From Cetorhinus maximus (taxonomy: Eukaryota): DNA of 64,000 nt. The DNA lies in NCBI RefSeq assembly GCF_964194155.1, contig NC_135901.1, forward strand, positions 30,566,001 to 30,630,000, written 5' to 3'. How positions within the stretch are numbered: position 1 is the first letter of the stretch; each line of letters begins with the position of its first letter. The translations under genes were made by a program, and so were the position numbers. Positions 10,441-23,673 of the stretch are shown piece by piece. The notes beneath the pieces are model-generated. The model saw only the letters and a list, made by a program, of their open reading frames with translations. It was not told the origin of the DNA and ran no database searches.

Positions 10441-11673
10441 GGACAGAGAAAACAAGAGTGCCTTGAATCCTAGACGACACTTGGGTGGGACGCATGGGAA
10501 TACTGACTCCCTGTACTGGGGACGGAGCGTGGGAAGCCAATTGTTTGAGAGTTTTGACGTGGCTTGGGCAGGTACAGATGGTTCAATGACAGGTTTTGTA
10601 ATTGGTCCGTTCAAATGTTAGCTCAGCAATGATTGGGTTAAATCCTTCTCCATAGACTTTGTGATGTAAAAAAGTATCAGAAGGGATTCCCCGAGCACAG
10701 AGATTTGTAGAGGTTTTACATATTGCATTGACTGGTGCCATGGCATCTGGGGCAGAGCAGGGAGCATTTACGTGGAGATGGTGCTTCTACCCAGAGTGTA
10801 ATGGTAATGCTGCTGCACATTGATACGACTGCTCAGACATGAGCATGTGTCAGGTCTTATTTATAATGAATAAAATCTAACCATTGTCACCAATAAGGGT
10901 TATCACTGTGAATCATTTCAGAGTTTGGGAAAGGGGGTAAAGGGTTAATTGACACCCTGAACCACATTTTCTAACATCGCTGTCTCAAAAATAAAATCTC
11001 ATCTCCCCCTCTGGCTCCTTTGCCAATCACCTTAGAGGGACTCACTTTCTGTTAAAAAGCCTGCTAACCCCTCTCACCCACTTTCCTTAAAGTGCAGAAA
11101 TCTAATCATGAGAAGTCCAGAAAAATCAAATATTTTTACTGATAAAAGTTTATTAATGAAATTGAACATGGTTAAAAAAACAGAAAATTACTTGAGGATC
11201 AAAGCCAACCAGAGTAAAAGGATCTGCACAATGTTCTGGACCCAAATGGTTTCTCTTTAATTCATCTGTCCCCAGTTTGCTGCCCTCTTTGTGGAACACC
11301 TCCGCTCAGCCCACAGGCATGACCCTGACCTTCCAGTTGCTGCCATTATAATTCACCACCTTACTCTCATGCTCACATTTCTGTCCTCGGCCTGCTGCAA
11401 TGTTCCCGAGAAGCCCAACACAAGCTGGACAAGCAGCATTTACTACCCAGGATAAAATAAATGTCCTTCATCAGCTTTTGTGGATCATTTAAGTGGAAAT
11501 GTGCACTCCCAGGCTCAAAGAGCATCAGCCCACTAAAAGCAAAGTCATGAGACCAGCCAGTCCAGCAGTAAGAAACCCTCTGACCCTCCCATTTCACCTA
11601 GTGTCAGAATGAACATGGTTCAGTCCTGGATGTGATTAACAGCAGCAATAACAGCAGAATCCAACCCCTGTAA

Positions 11674-12348
11674 TCACTTGTGAACTCGCTGGTGTTTCAG
11701 CAGGTGTGGTGACTGAGTGAATCCCTTCCCACACATGGAGCAGATGAACGGCTTCTCCCCAGAGTGAATTCGTTGGTGTGTGAGGAGGTCAGATGAATCA
11801 CCGAACCCCTTCTGGCACTCAGAGCAGGTGAATGGCTTCTCTCCAGTATGAACTCACTGATGTTGCAGCAGGTGGGATAATTGAGTAAATCCCTTCCCAC
11901 ACTCGCAGCAGGTGAATGGCCTCTTCCCGGTGTGAACTCGCTGGTGTGTCCCCAGGTTGGATGCCGTGCTAAATCTCATCACACAGCGAGAACAGCTGAA
12001 TGGTCTTTCCTCAGTGTGAATGCACTGGTGGACCCTCAGAACTGCAGCACTTTTGAAGCCACTGCCACAGTCAGAGCATTTAAAGGGTCTCTCATTGGTG
12101 TGAGTGACATGGTGTCTCCGAAGGATGGATGACTGAGTGAATCGCTTCCCACACACAGACCAGGTAAATGGTCTCTCTCCGGTGTGAACTCGCTTGTGTG
12201 ACCGCTGGGTGTATAAATCTCTGCATCCCTTCTCACACACAAAGCAGGTGAATGGCCTCTCCCCAGTGTGACTGCGTCGATGAATCTCCAGCTTCGATGG
12301 GGTTTTGAATCCCATCCCACAGTCCCCACATTCCTAGGGTTTCTCCAT
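11674..12348 (-). pseudogene. C2H2 ZNF gene 2, 8 finger units, disrupted
   Basis: Starts MEKP*ECGDC (TAG at codon 5). A second in-frame TGA at 11854-11856 is followed by two more fingers ending HQRVHK*, then the conserved 3' UTR. Acceptor at 12711. Confidence 0.85.
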
Positions 12349-13639
12349 GATGTGGATGCCCTTGTGTCTTCCCAGGTCCGACGGTCAGTTGAACCCTTGT
12401 CCTCACACAGAACATATATGATGTCTCTCCTCACTGTGAATGGTGTGATGTTTTTTCAACTATAACTGGTTAAAGCTCTTTCGACAGTCAGTGCACTGGA
12501 ACACTTTCACTCGGGTGTGTGTGTGTCTTGCTGCTGTTCCAGTCACACGGATCTTTAGTACCTTTTGAAGCAGACAGAACAGGGAAACATTTCTCCTTCC
12601 ACATTGAAAAGCCAATGATATTCAGGTCCTGGTAAATCAAGTGACTCTGTCAGATTTGACATGCAATTTGGGTTGTGACTTCTGTCTGCAATTCCTCCCC
12701 TTCTAGTATCCTGTAAAAGGAGTTTACAAATAGCATCAATGTAAGTACAGTTTAGAAATTCAGAACAGAGAAGTCTAGTTTCAGTGTATCATTCCTTCCT
12801 TTCTATTCCCCCAAAGTCCATTCCAGACACATTCTCCCCATTCTCACTCAGCTGTACCGAATATACACCCTCCCAATTCTCCAGAAGGAGCGATCAATGC
12901 TGGTCAACAGATCCATGGTCACTGCTTCATGTCGTGGACACAGATATGAAAATGTTCATGCAGGCTGTAAATATGGAGTGAGATGTGAGGATGAACTTTG
13001 TTTCGGAAGCGACTAGTCATGACCTGGAACTCGCTGCCTGGGCGGGTGGAGGTAGCAGAGGTGATCAATGATTTCAAATTGAAATTGGACAGGTACTTGA
13101 AGGGAATAAACTTGCAGAGGAATGGGGATAGAGGGGGAATGGGACTGACTGGATTGCTGCACAGAGAATCGGCATGGACTCAAGTTGCCAAATGGACTCC
13201 TTCTAAGCTGTAATGACTCTATGACAGGAAATATAAAACGTAGCTACAGTACTATATTACAAGACTATAAATAATATCAATGTACTTTATTACAGAATGA
13301 TAATATATCTAGTATGTACCATATAACGACACAAGACATATCTCTGTCCTTTTATTAATTTATTGTCCCTTTAAATGTCAGCCATCTCCTGGGGAAACCA
13401 TCCCTTTAATTGTGAACATTAGGAAAGAGACCATCCTTTTAGCCAGACAAATAAATATGTCAAGCTGAGGGAGCAAAGGATGTCAATGTCTTTAAGAGAG
13501 AGAGAGAGAGACCTGGGCCAACCTTTCCAGAGTCTGCACCCTCCCTGGATTCACTTCCTTTCCCTTCAGTTCCTGCAAATCAACAATTTCCCCCCAGAAT
13601 GAGAAAAGAAATGGAAAGGGGGAGAAAAGAAAGTGTTTT

Positions 13640-14126
13640 ACTCACAGATGTTGGACACAGGAGGAAGTTTTAGTCTGTGTGAAGCTCAATCCTCAAAGCC
13701 CGCGCTCTGATTGGCTGGAGGACTAGAGTCCTCCGGTCCTCCAAGTCTTCCCATTAGCTAATCATTCAGCATGAAGACAATGGGGCGAAGGAGAACCTCT
13801 GACTCTCATGACGATGTGAGCGACTGGCCAATGGGAAACGCCATTCACCGCACACGCGGAGCTTCCCCTTTCCCTCGGACGTGCGCAGTCCCGGGCCGTG
13901 CGCCCGCGCGGCAGATAGAGCGGTTTCCCCAGCGCGGGGCGTTGTGGGAGCTACGGCCACCATTACTCAAACAGAGCCCAGTCTCCAAACGCCTGGGACT
14001 GGGATGGAAAGTGGGGGTGTGGGGCGTAGTGACCCCGCCCTGACACAAAGTACAAGTCACTGGATTTGATTGTGACACCCCCTTAGCAAAACAGTTTGTT
14101 ATCCTCAGGTGTAAAGATTTAGACAC
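13640..14126 (-). promoter_or_regulatory. ZNF cassette promoter and exon 1 (gene 2)
   Basis: Donor at 13645; CCAAT, ZNF143-like gctcccacaacgccccgcg and GC box; homologous to 29770-30290. Confidence 0.7.
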
Positions 14127-14745
14127 AAAGATAAAAACAAAAAACTGCGGATGCTGGAAATCCAAAACAAAAACAGAAATACCTGGAAAAACTCAGCAGG
14201 TCTGGCAGCAAACTGGAGGAACAGCACCTCATCTTCCGACTAGGCACTTTACAGCCTTCCGGACTGAATATTGAGTTCAACAACTTTAGATCTTGAACTC
14301 CCTCCTCCATCCCCACCCCCTTTCCGTTTCTTCCCCCTCCCTTTTGTTTTTTCCAATAATTTGTATAGATTTTTCTTTTCCCACCTATTTCCATTATTTT
14401 TAAATGTATTCCACCCATGGTTTATTTCACCCCACCCCCACTAGAGCTACCTTGCTCGTCCTGCTCTCCAATCTTAATTAGCACATTCTTTTAGATAATA
14501 TCACCACCTTCAACACCTCTTTGTTCTTTTGTCTGTGACATCTTTTGGTTATCTGCTCCTATCACTGCTTGCTTGTCCCAACAACTCCTTCATCCCCCCA
14601 CCCCCTTAAACCAGCTTATATTCCACCCCTTTCCTATTTCTACTTAGTTCTGTTGAAGGGTCATGAGGACTCGAAATGTCAACTTTGTTCTTCTCCGCCG
14701 ATGCTGCCAGACCTGCTGAGTTTTTCCAGGTATTTCTGTTTTTGT
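14127..14745 (+). mobile_element. Penelope-like 3' fragment with inverted terminal copy and 15-bp TSD
   Basis: Encodes KLEEQHLIFRLGTLQPSGLNIEFNNFRS. 14127-14210 is an inverted terminus. taaagatttagacac occurs at 14112-14126 and 14746-14760. Confidence 0.9.
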
Positions 14746-14927
14746 TAAAGATTTAGACACCTAGGGGACATATTGAGGAGGGCAATAAGTGAGTGTGAAA
14801 CTGAACCCGAGAGTCAGCACCTTCAGGAGAGGGGAATTGGGGAAGGAGGAGGAGAGTAGTCGGATGAATTAGTGTTACAATCAATAGTTGGGAGGGAATG
14901 TCTGGGGCACAGAGGTATATAGTTTGA

Positions 14928-15230
14928 GAGGCATAGTGGCATTGCCATTGGACTAATATTGCAGAGACCCCGGGTAATACTCTGGGGATCCGGGTTAGAA
15001 TCATACCACGGCAGATGTTGAAATTTGAATTCAACAAAAACCAGGATTTAAAGTTCTGATGACCACCATAAAACCATTGCTGATTGTTGCAAAAACCCAT
15101 TTGATTTGTTTCACTAATGCCCTCGAAATAAGGAAATCTGGCCGACACGTGACTCCAGACCCACAGCAGTCTGGTTGACTCTAAATGCTCTCAAAACAAG
15201 GACAATTTGGGATGAGCCACCCACATCACA
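14928..15230 (+). mobile_element. tRNA-derived SINE
   Basis: A-box-like ggcatagtggc and B-box-like gggttagaatc, then a body and a tail (ggacaatttgggatg) related to the LINE tail at 3030/19270. Confidence 0.6.
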
Positions 15231-16589
15231 TTAACGATCGTAGGATGTTCTATGACATAATCATAATCTTGAACAAATTGATCAAATCTTTTGTCAATAT
15301 CTGTTTCAAAATGTTCCTGTGAAAAACTTGGGACATGTTTATACATTAAAGGTGCTATATAAATACAGGTTGTTCTGTTACTGAAGGCTGCCACTTGAAC
15401 TCCCCACTGCCCCCAACTCCAAGACCCCTACGATAAACAGTCTGATCAACCATCTCATTCCCACAGCACAGCCCAGCCCAGCCATTCTCAGTGAATTTCC
15501 TGTCCTGTCTCCCTTATGACTCTGTCCCTGCTCTCACACTGTGCTGAGCTCAGGTGTGAACAAAGCATTTTTGTCTTCAGATTTTTACTCTGAGAGGTTT
15601 AACCCATCCGGAGACGATGAATAGGCTGGGTCACTTCTCACTTGGAAAGACAAGGGCCAATGGAGGTTTTTGAAATTCTGAAAGATTTTAATAACCACAG
15701 AAAATGTTTCCATTTGTAGGAGCAAGAGGAACACTAGAGGCCATGGTAAATTTAATCAGGAATTCAGGAGAAACTTCTTTACCAGAGAGTGGTGAGAATG
15801 TGGAACTTGCTACCACAGGCAGTGGTGGAGGTGAATAAACCAGATACGTTTAAGGGGATAAACACATGGGGGAGAAATGAACAGAACGATTCACTGATAG
15901 AGTGAGATGAGAAAGCATAGGAGGAGACTCACGTGAAGTATAAACACTGGCATGGATTGGGTGGGCTGAATGACCTGTTTTTGTGCTGTATATTCAATGT
16001 AATTGAACCTGGTATTGCCTTTAACTCTGACATAGTCCATTCCGGGTTAAAGAGAAACAGTTTCACTCACAGAAGAACATTTCAGCTCATTGTTTCCAGC
16101 CATTGTCCAATCACTGCCTCTTGTCAGTCAGGTGTCCGAGTGAGGAGCCATGGCATTCAATTCAACTACAAACATCTCATGTGATTTGTTCCAATACATC
16201 TTTCAAGAGCAAATATTTTGCAAATTGACTGAATTTTTTTTAATTCACTGATACCAGTGCTTTCCCAAACGATTATTATTTTTCAGCCAGTCTTTATCAA
16301 ATTGGAGAGTCTATTTCATCCAGGACAATCTGCCCACTCGATCAGCGCCCCATCCATCACCTTGAACATTCACTCCCTCCACCGCTGACACACTGTGGTT
16401 GCAGTGTGTACCATCTACAAGATACACTGCAGCAACTTGCCAGGCATCTTTCGATAGAACCTTCCAAACACAGCCTCTACCAGCTCGAATGACAAGGGCA
16501 GCAGACACATGGGAACGGCATCAGTTGAAATTTCCCACTGTGTGACACTCCTGACTTGGACCTATATTTCTCAGGATCGTGCGTATGAA

Positions 16590-16853
16590 TACCCCTGCAA
16601 CTCAGTAACTGTGTGTACTCAAACCCCTTTTTTCAGGTCCTGTGTGCATGTAAACCCCTTTAGTTCAGGGTCTGTGTGTACACAGTCCACTTTAGCTCAG
16701 GGTCGGTGGGTACACTTTCCCCTTTAGTTCAGGGTCTGTGTGTACACAAACCCTTTTAGTTCAGGGCCTGTGTGTATGTAAACCCCTTTAGTTCACATTC
16801 TGTGTCCACAAACCCCTTCATTTCAGGGCCTGTGTGTATGCAAACCCCTTTGG
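16590..16853. repeat. ~32-bp minisatellite, about 8 diverged copies
   Basis: Unit approximately aaacccctttagttcagggtctgtgtgtacac. Confidence 0.9.
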
Positions 16854-17245
16854 TACTATGAAAAAATTTATTATTAGGAAGGTAAGGTCCAAGGACATTT
16901 TGGAACAATGGGACTTATATTAGAAAGGGAGAAACATGTATAAAGGAAATGAGGTTATGTGTAAGGGGAAGGAATTCTAAGATCTAATAAGTGTGAAAAG
17001 CCTTCAGCCTCTATGTACCAAGCTGCTGTCTATAAGAACCGAAGCTAAGAGAATTCAGTGTGAATATCCCTGACCAGGGCATTGTGTGCCTTGCCTGGGT
17101 CTGTTAAAATCCATTTTGTTTTTACTGTTGCCTTCACAGGGGTGTAACTGGGAGCCTGATTAATTCGGGGAGCTTGGAGTCATCATAGTAGTAATCTGTA
17201 GACCTATGTTTGTCCTTAAAGTTATTTATTTTATTAATAAATGTT

Positions 17246-18052
17246 GGTATGACACAGCAGTTGGTGAAGGCTGAGTTATTTAAAATCCCAGAGGGAAACT
17301 TTAAACAACTGTCATAACCTATATTTTCAATTGGTATGTTTTGAGTTGCAGCTCTAAATAAAATGGAATAAGACCACCAAGTCTAGAGAGGTTTTTATAT
17401 CAAACTAAATTAAATATTTATTAATTTACAACAAATTAAACACATGCACATGGCTACAAATTACTACGATAATAACTTTTTAACAAATTCCCAAATTAAT
17501 CTCTACTAAGGCAACAATAACCAATAGACTTAAACAGACATCAGGCAAAGCATTTTTCACTTTACGAAATCAAAATGAGGTTCCTTTCAATTTGTTCCTT
17601 TGCAGACACAGTGGCAGGCTTACAGGCTAAGATCTTCCATGCCTCTGACTTCCACACAGGAAATCTTCTATAAATACCTAGCCTCAGCTTTGAATGGAAA
17701 TTCTCATTGTATCACTAGGCCCTTTGAAAGCCACCTCCTCTAACATTTAATACTCTTTCTTAGTACCAATTTTATTAGCAATATAAACATATTGCTTGGT
17801 GTCTCCGAGCTAGGTGCAAGATTTCACTCCCAACCTTTGAATGGTTTATTCAACGAAATGCAAACGTACTCTTTACCTTAACTTTCTCACTGTTTAACGT
17901 CTCAAAACTACTACGCATCACAGCACCTAGACTAGCTGGATTCAATCCAATTAAGACACACACACAGGCACACCCACAGACACAGACCCTACTACAAGTC
18001 CAATTTAACATAATTTCCAATAACATTATATACATTAATATCTCTTTGTGAC
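17246..18052. mobile_element. Probable solo LTR nested in another LTR-like sequence
   Basis: Ends ..tgtgaca, flanked on both sides by atgtt; AT-rich, no ORF. Confidence 0.45.
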
Positions 18053-18779
18053 AATGTTTAATTTAGTTTTGTACCACTGAATTCAATGCACGCATCACAA
18101 AAGCAAAACACAAATTGCAAACCAGATGTGGCAGTTGTTTCAAGTTTCCGTCTGGGATTTGAGCAGCTGAGTATTTATGAGCTGCTGTGCCAAACATAAG
18201 CCTCACCTTTCTTCCCCCTGGACATATTCAAATTATGATAAATGGATCTATGCTTTTCGTCTCAACCGTCTGTGTGGGAGCAAGTTCCACATTCTCACCA
18301 CTCTCTGGGTGAAGACATTTATTTTCTTAACTTTCTTATTTCCCCTTTTAATTGTTGTCCAGTTTCTCAGCTGATCTGCTGACCCTGAAATGGAACAAAG
18401 GACAGAGGAAGAATGAGGCAACTGAGACTTCACATCACTTCCCCGAACACCAGGACTCAGTCAGCCTCATACTCTCATCTCTGAGTCTGAAGGTCGTGGG
18501 TTCAAGTCCCCACTCCAGAGACTCGAGTCCCCCATAATCCAGGGCTGACACTCTTTCAGTCTTCAGTTGTCAGGTTCTTAAGCTCTAGAATTCCCACCCT
18601 TAACCCCTCCACTTCTGTCTCCTCCGTTAAATCTCTGCTTAAAACCTGCCTTTTTTCATCAAGGACTTGACAAACTGTGTGCCCAAAACAAAGCTGATTT
18701 ATTTGACATTTACCCAGTTTATTAAACTCCAGCCCAGTTACAGGGATTATTAACATCAGCAGAAACAAACCGCAACTGT

Positions 18780-19070
18780 CAGAGTGAACATGGTTCAGTC
18801 CTGGATGTGATTAGTAGCAGCAATAACAGCAGAATCCAACCCTGTAACCACGTGAGTTGTGTCTCAGCAAGTGGGATGACCGTGTGAATCCCTTGCCACA
18901 CTTGGAGCATTTAAACAGCTTCTTGCCAGCCTGAACTCGCCGCTGGGCCAGCAGGTTGGCTGAATGAGTGACTCCAATCCCACATACGGAGCAGGTGAAT
19001 GACCTCACTCTGCTGGGAGCTCACAGGATGTAATAAAGCTCGATGAGGGACTGAATCCCTTCTCTTCGCC
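18780..19070 (-). pseudogene. 3' remnant of a C2H2 ZNF gene (gene 3)
   Basis: ORF 18811..19008 has two degenerate fingers, followed by the conserved 3' UTR (ggattctgctgttattgctgct..cacatccaggactgaaccatgttca). The 5' part is missing. Confidence 0.85.
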
Positions 19071-20159
19071 TTGAACCTGACCCTCAGCATCATGACCTGC
19101 ACCACGGGTAGGGTATGGAGGCAGATCCCAAACCCACGTCATCCGGAACGAGGATCGATCCCTGTGCTGTTGGCACCAATTTGATCCACACACTTTCGAG
19201 GCGACTGAGCCTACTGGCCCCTGAGGAGTGTGAATTGCTGTGGCAACACACACTGTTACACGCAAGTTACAGTCCTTCCTAACCCATGACCACTACCATT
19301 TGAAGGACAAGGGCAGCAGATATATGCGAACACCACCACCTGGAAGTTCCCCTCCAAGTCACTCACCATCCAGACTTGGAAATATATCGCTGTTCATTCA
19401 CTGTCGCTGGGTCAAAATCCTGGAACTCCCTTCCTAACTGCACTGTGAGTGTACCTACGGAACATAGACTGCAGAAGTTCAAGAAGGCAGCTCACCACCA
19501 CCTTCTCAAGAGCAACTAGGGATGGGCAATACATGCTGGCCCAGCCAGTGAAGCCCACATCCCATGAATGAATGAAAAAAAGCCATGGATATTAATGGTT
19601 GAGATTTCGATTTCTTTACATCACATCGCAGAACCAGGAACCTCTATGCCTTTCATGGGTGCGTGTTGAAAGGTTTTATAACTCGATACTAAACCTGTTT
19701 GGCTGCATCGTGAAGACACTGTCCTTGGCCATCAAGTCCTGGAGCGGGATTTAAACCAGGAACTTTTGGCTGAGAAGCTGGTACAGTGTCCACTGCTCCG
19801 CAATACCTCCTCTGTTAGTTGTTGATCTCCCTAATATGTCACTGAGGTGTCTACATCTCTACAGAAAGATTCATATTCTCGAAACATTACCCCTGTTTCT
19901 CTCTCCACAGGTGATTCCAGACCTGGTGAGTGTCTCCAGTATTTCTCGTTTTATTTCAGTCTAAATCTTTACACCTGAAGTTAACAAACTGTTTTGCTAA
20001 GGGGACGTCACAATCAAAAACAAAAACACCTGGAAAAACTCAGCATGTCTGGCAGCATCGGCGGAGAAGAACAAAGTTGACGTTTCGAGTCCTCCTGACC
20101 CTTCAACAGAACTAAGTAAAAATAGGAGGGGTGAAATATAAGCTGGTTTAAGGCCCACA

Positions 20160-20634
20160 ATCAAATCCAGTGACTACCCACATGTACTTTGTGACAGGGC
20201 GGGGTCACTGCGCCCTGCGCCCCCCACCCCCTTTCCATCCCAGTCCCAGGAGTTTGGAGACTGGGCTCCGGATGGGTAATGGCGGCCGAAGCTCTCACAA
20301 TCCGCCGCGCTGGCGCTGGCGAAACCGCTCTATTTGCCGCGCGGGCGGGCGGCCCGGGACTGCGCATGTCCGGGGCAGAGTGGAAGCTGCGCATGTGCGT
20401 ACAATGACGTTTTCCATTGGCCAACCGCTCAGCTCAGCATAGGGTCAAGGGGTATCCTGGGCCCAGGAAGGCTTCCGGTGACCCATTGTCTGCATGCTGG
20501 GGGTTGACCAATGGGAGGAGTTGGAGGACCGGAAGGACTCTGGTCCTCCAATCAATCAGAGCGCGGGCTTTGTGGGAATGAAGATTGAGCTTCACACGGA
20601 CTAAAACTTCCTCCTCTGTCCAACATCTGTGAGT
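20160..20634 (+). promoter_or_regulatory. ZNF cassette promoter and exon 1 (gene 4)
   Basis: GC box, ATGGCGGC (YY1-like), two TGCGCATG, CCAAT boxes, ACCGGAAG. Donor at 20629, acceptor ending 22287. A Penelope terminus at 20019-20155 with cacaatcaaa duplication lies just upstream. Confidence 0.7.
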
Positions 20635-20779
20635 AAAACACTTTCTTTTTTCATTCTGGGGGGAAATTGTTGTTTTGCAGGAACTGAAGGGAAAGGAAGT
20701 GAATCCAGGGAGGGTGCAGACTCTGGAAAGGTTGGCCCAGGACTCTCTCTCCCTCTCCCTCTCTTAAAGACATTGACAC

Positions 20780-21820
20780 TAAAAGACTAATAAGGAGGGA
20801 AAAATTAGAGTATGAGGGAATGCTGGCCAGAAATGTAAAAACAGAAAGCACGAGTTTTTAAAAATAAATATTTAAAAAAGAAAGAGTTCACAAAGTGAGC
20901 GTTATTCCTATGGAAAGTGAGTCTGGGGAATTGATAATGGAAAACAAGGAGATGGCAGATGAATTGAACAAGTATTTTGCATCAGTTTTCACTATAGAGG
21001 ATACAAGTAACATCCCAGAAGCAGCTACAAACCAGTAAATGGAAGTGGAGAAGGAAGTCAGGATAATTACAAGTCTTGACATTTTGAGTCCTCATGACCC
21101 TTCAACATAACTGAGTAACATTACTCAGTTCTGTTGAAGGGTCATGAGGACCGAAACATCAACTCTTTTCTTCTCCGCCGATGCTGCCAGACCTGCTGAG
21201 TTTTTCCAGGTAATTCTGTTTTTGTTTTGGATTTCCAGCATCCACAGGTTTTTGTTTTTATTTAATTACAAGTCTTACTGAGTAAATTGTCGGAGCTGCG
21301 GGCTGACAAGAGCCCAGGTCCTGATGGACTTCATCCTCGGGTCTTAAAAGAAGTGTTTAGTGAGATTGTTTTTGCATTGGTTTTAATTTTCCTAAACTCC
21401 CTAGATTCGAGGAAGGTCCCATTAGATTGGAAGATAGGTAATGTAGCTCCATTATTCAAAAAGGGAGGGAGACAGAAAGTGGGAAACTGCAGGCCATTTA
21501 GCTTAACATATGTCATAGTGAAAATGTTAGAAATTATTAAAGAATTATTAAAGAAGTCATAGCAGGGCACTTGGATGAGCTCAAGGTCAGGAGAGCCAAC
21601 ATGGTTTTGTGAAAAGAAATCATGTTTAACCAACTTACTGGAGTTCTTTGAGGAAGTGCTGTGGATACAGGGAAACCAGTGGATGTACTATACCTAGATT
21701 TCCAGAGGGCATTTGATAAAGTGCCACATCAAAGTTTATTGCAGAACATAAAAGCTCACGGTATAGGGGGTAACAAGTTGGCATGAATAGAAGATTGGCT
21801 GGCTAACAGAAAGCAGAGAG
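20780..21820 (+). mobile_element. Intronic CR1 ORF2 fragment interrupted by a 185-bp Penelope fold-back (21078-21262)
   Basis: ORF 21287..21562 DKSPGPDGLHPRVLKE..DWK..NVAPLFKKG. The insert is flanked by taattacaagtctt at 21064-21077 and 21263-21276. Confidence 0.9.
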
Positions 21821-22635
21821 TTGGCACAGGAGGAGTCCATTCGGCAACTCAAGGCCACACCAACTCTCTGTAGAGCAATCCAGTTACTCCCATTCCCCCT
21901 CGATATCCCCGTTTCCCTGCAAGTTTATTTCCTTCAAGTGATCATCCAATTTCATTTTGAAGTCATTGAACATCTCCAGTTCCACCACCCTCATAGGCAG
22001 CGGGTTCCAGGACAGCACCACTCGCTGCCAAAATGAAGCTCTCCCTCACAGCCCCATGTATCTCCAATCACGTAATAGAGCACTGTGTATTACACACATT
22101 TTTAGCGCAGTACTGTTGGGTGTATATTAGGTACAGCAGGGTGAGAATGGAGGGAGAGTGTGTGGGACAGAGATTTACAGCTTTGGGGGAATGAGAGGGG
22201 AAAGAATGTTCCATAGAAACTAGAATTGTCTGTTCTGGATATCTATCCTGTACTGACAGTGATGACTTTTGCAAACTCCTTTTACAGGGTATTCGAAGAG
22301 GAAAATTTGCAGACAGAAATCTCACACCAAACATCATGTTCAGACCTGACAGAGTCATTTGATTCATGGTACCTGAATATCACCGGCCTTTGAATCTAGA
22401 AGGAGAAATGTTTGTCTGTTTTATCTGTTTGAAGAGATTTTAAACATCTGCGTGACCATAAAAGTATCGAGAGACACACACCCGAGTGAGAGCGTTCCAG
22501 TGCATTGACTGTGAAAAGAGCTTCAACCAGTTACACAGACTGATAAAACATCACACTGTTCACAACCGGGAGAGACCGTAGATGTATTCTGTGTGTGGAT
22601 GAGGCTTCAACTGATCATTGAACCTGGAATGACAG

Positions 22636-23673
22636 ATGGCCAACCGCACCATGGAGAAAACTTGGAAATGTGGGGATTATAGGACAGGAATCAAATCCCC
22701 ATCTGAGCTGGGGATTCAGCGACATAGTCACAGCGGGGAGAGGCCGTTCACCTGCTCCGTGTGTGGCAAAGGATTCACTCATTCATCCTCGCTGTTGACA
22801 CACCACCGAGTTCACACTGGGGAGAGGCCGTTCACTTGCTCTCTGTGTGGGAAGGGATTCAGTAGTTCATCCCACATGATGACACACCAGCGAGTTCACA
22901 CTGGGGAGAGGCCGTTTACCTGCTTCGAGTGTGGGAAGGGATTCAGTGATTCATCCAACCTGCTGATGCACCAGCGAATTCACAGCAGAGAAAGGCGGTT
23001 CACCTGCCCTGATTGTGAGAAGGGTTTCACTCAGTTATCCCACCTGCAGTCACACCAGCGAGTTCATTCTGGAGAGAAGCCGTTCGCTTGCTCTCAGTGT
23101 GGGAAGGGATTCAGTAATTCATCCAACCTGCTGAGACACCAGCGAGTTCACACTGGGGAGAGGCCGTTCATCTGCTCCGAGTGCGGGAAAGGATTCAGCA
23201 ATTCAACCCAGCTGCAGACACACCAGCGAGTTCACACCGGGGAGAGGCCGTTCACCTGCTCCGAGTGTGGCAAGGGATTCAGTAATTCATCTGACCTGCA
23301 GAAACACAAGCGAGTTCACAGTGGGGAGAGGCCATTCATCTGCTCTGTGTGTGGGAAGGGATTCATTGTTTCATCTGCCTTGCTGGCCCACCAGCGAATT
23401 CACACCGGGGAGAGGCCTTTTACCTGCTTCGAGTGTGGGAAGGGATTCAGTAATTCATCCACCCTGCTGACACACCAGCGAGTTCACACTGGGGAGAGAT
23501 GGTTCATCTGTTCTGAGTGTGGGAAGGGATTTACTGATTCATCCACCCTGGTGAGGCACCAGCGAGTTCACACCTGGAAGAGGCCGGCACCTGCTCTGAG
23601 TGAGGGAAGGGATTCAGTCAGTCATCCCACCAGCGAGTTCACAAGTGATTTACAGGGGTTGGATTGCTGTTAA
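22636..23673 (+). CDS. C2H2 zinc-finger protein, 10 intact fingers (gene 4)
   Basis: 345-aa ORF; family start ATG at 22651 (MEKTWKC). First finger degenerate, last finger frameshifted. Conserved 3' UTR follows. Confidence 0.85.
   Translation: MANRTMEKTWKCGDYRTGIKSPSELGIQRHSHSGERPFTCSVCGKGFTHSSSLLTHHRVHTGERPFTCSLCGKGFSSSSHMMTHQRVHTGERPFTCFECGKGFSDSSNLLMHQRIHSRERRFTCPDCEKGFTQLSHLQSHQRVHSGEKPFACSQCGKGFSNSSNLLRHQRVHTGERPFICSECGKGFSNSTQLQTHQRVHTGERPFTCSECGKGFSNSSDLQKHKRVHSGERPFICSVCGKGFIVSSALLAHQRIHTGERPFTCFECGKGFSNSSTLLTHQRVHTGERWFICSECGKGFTDSSTLVRHQRVHTWKRPAPALSEGRDSVSHPTSEFTSDLQGLDCC

Larger units (their letters stand above)
8399..10950 (+). repeat. Local direct duplication (~8399-8938 repeated at ~10433-10950)
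   Basis: cccagaggacaga..gaatcctagacgaca through ..aagggttaat is present twice. The following ctcctttgccaat..aaagtg module is also present twice (9748, 11014). Confidence 0.85.

Noticed and set aside
10292-16853. 41-bp and 32-bp repeats as CRISPR arrays
   Set aside because: Head-to-tail units without unique spacers, eukaryotic context, no cas genes.
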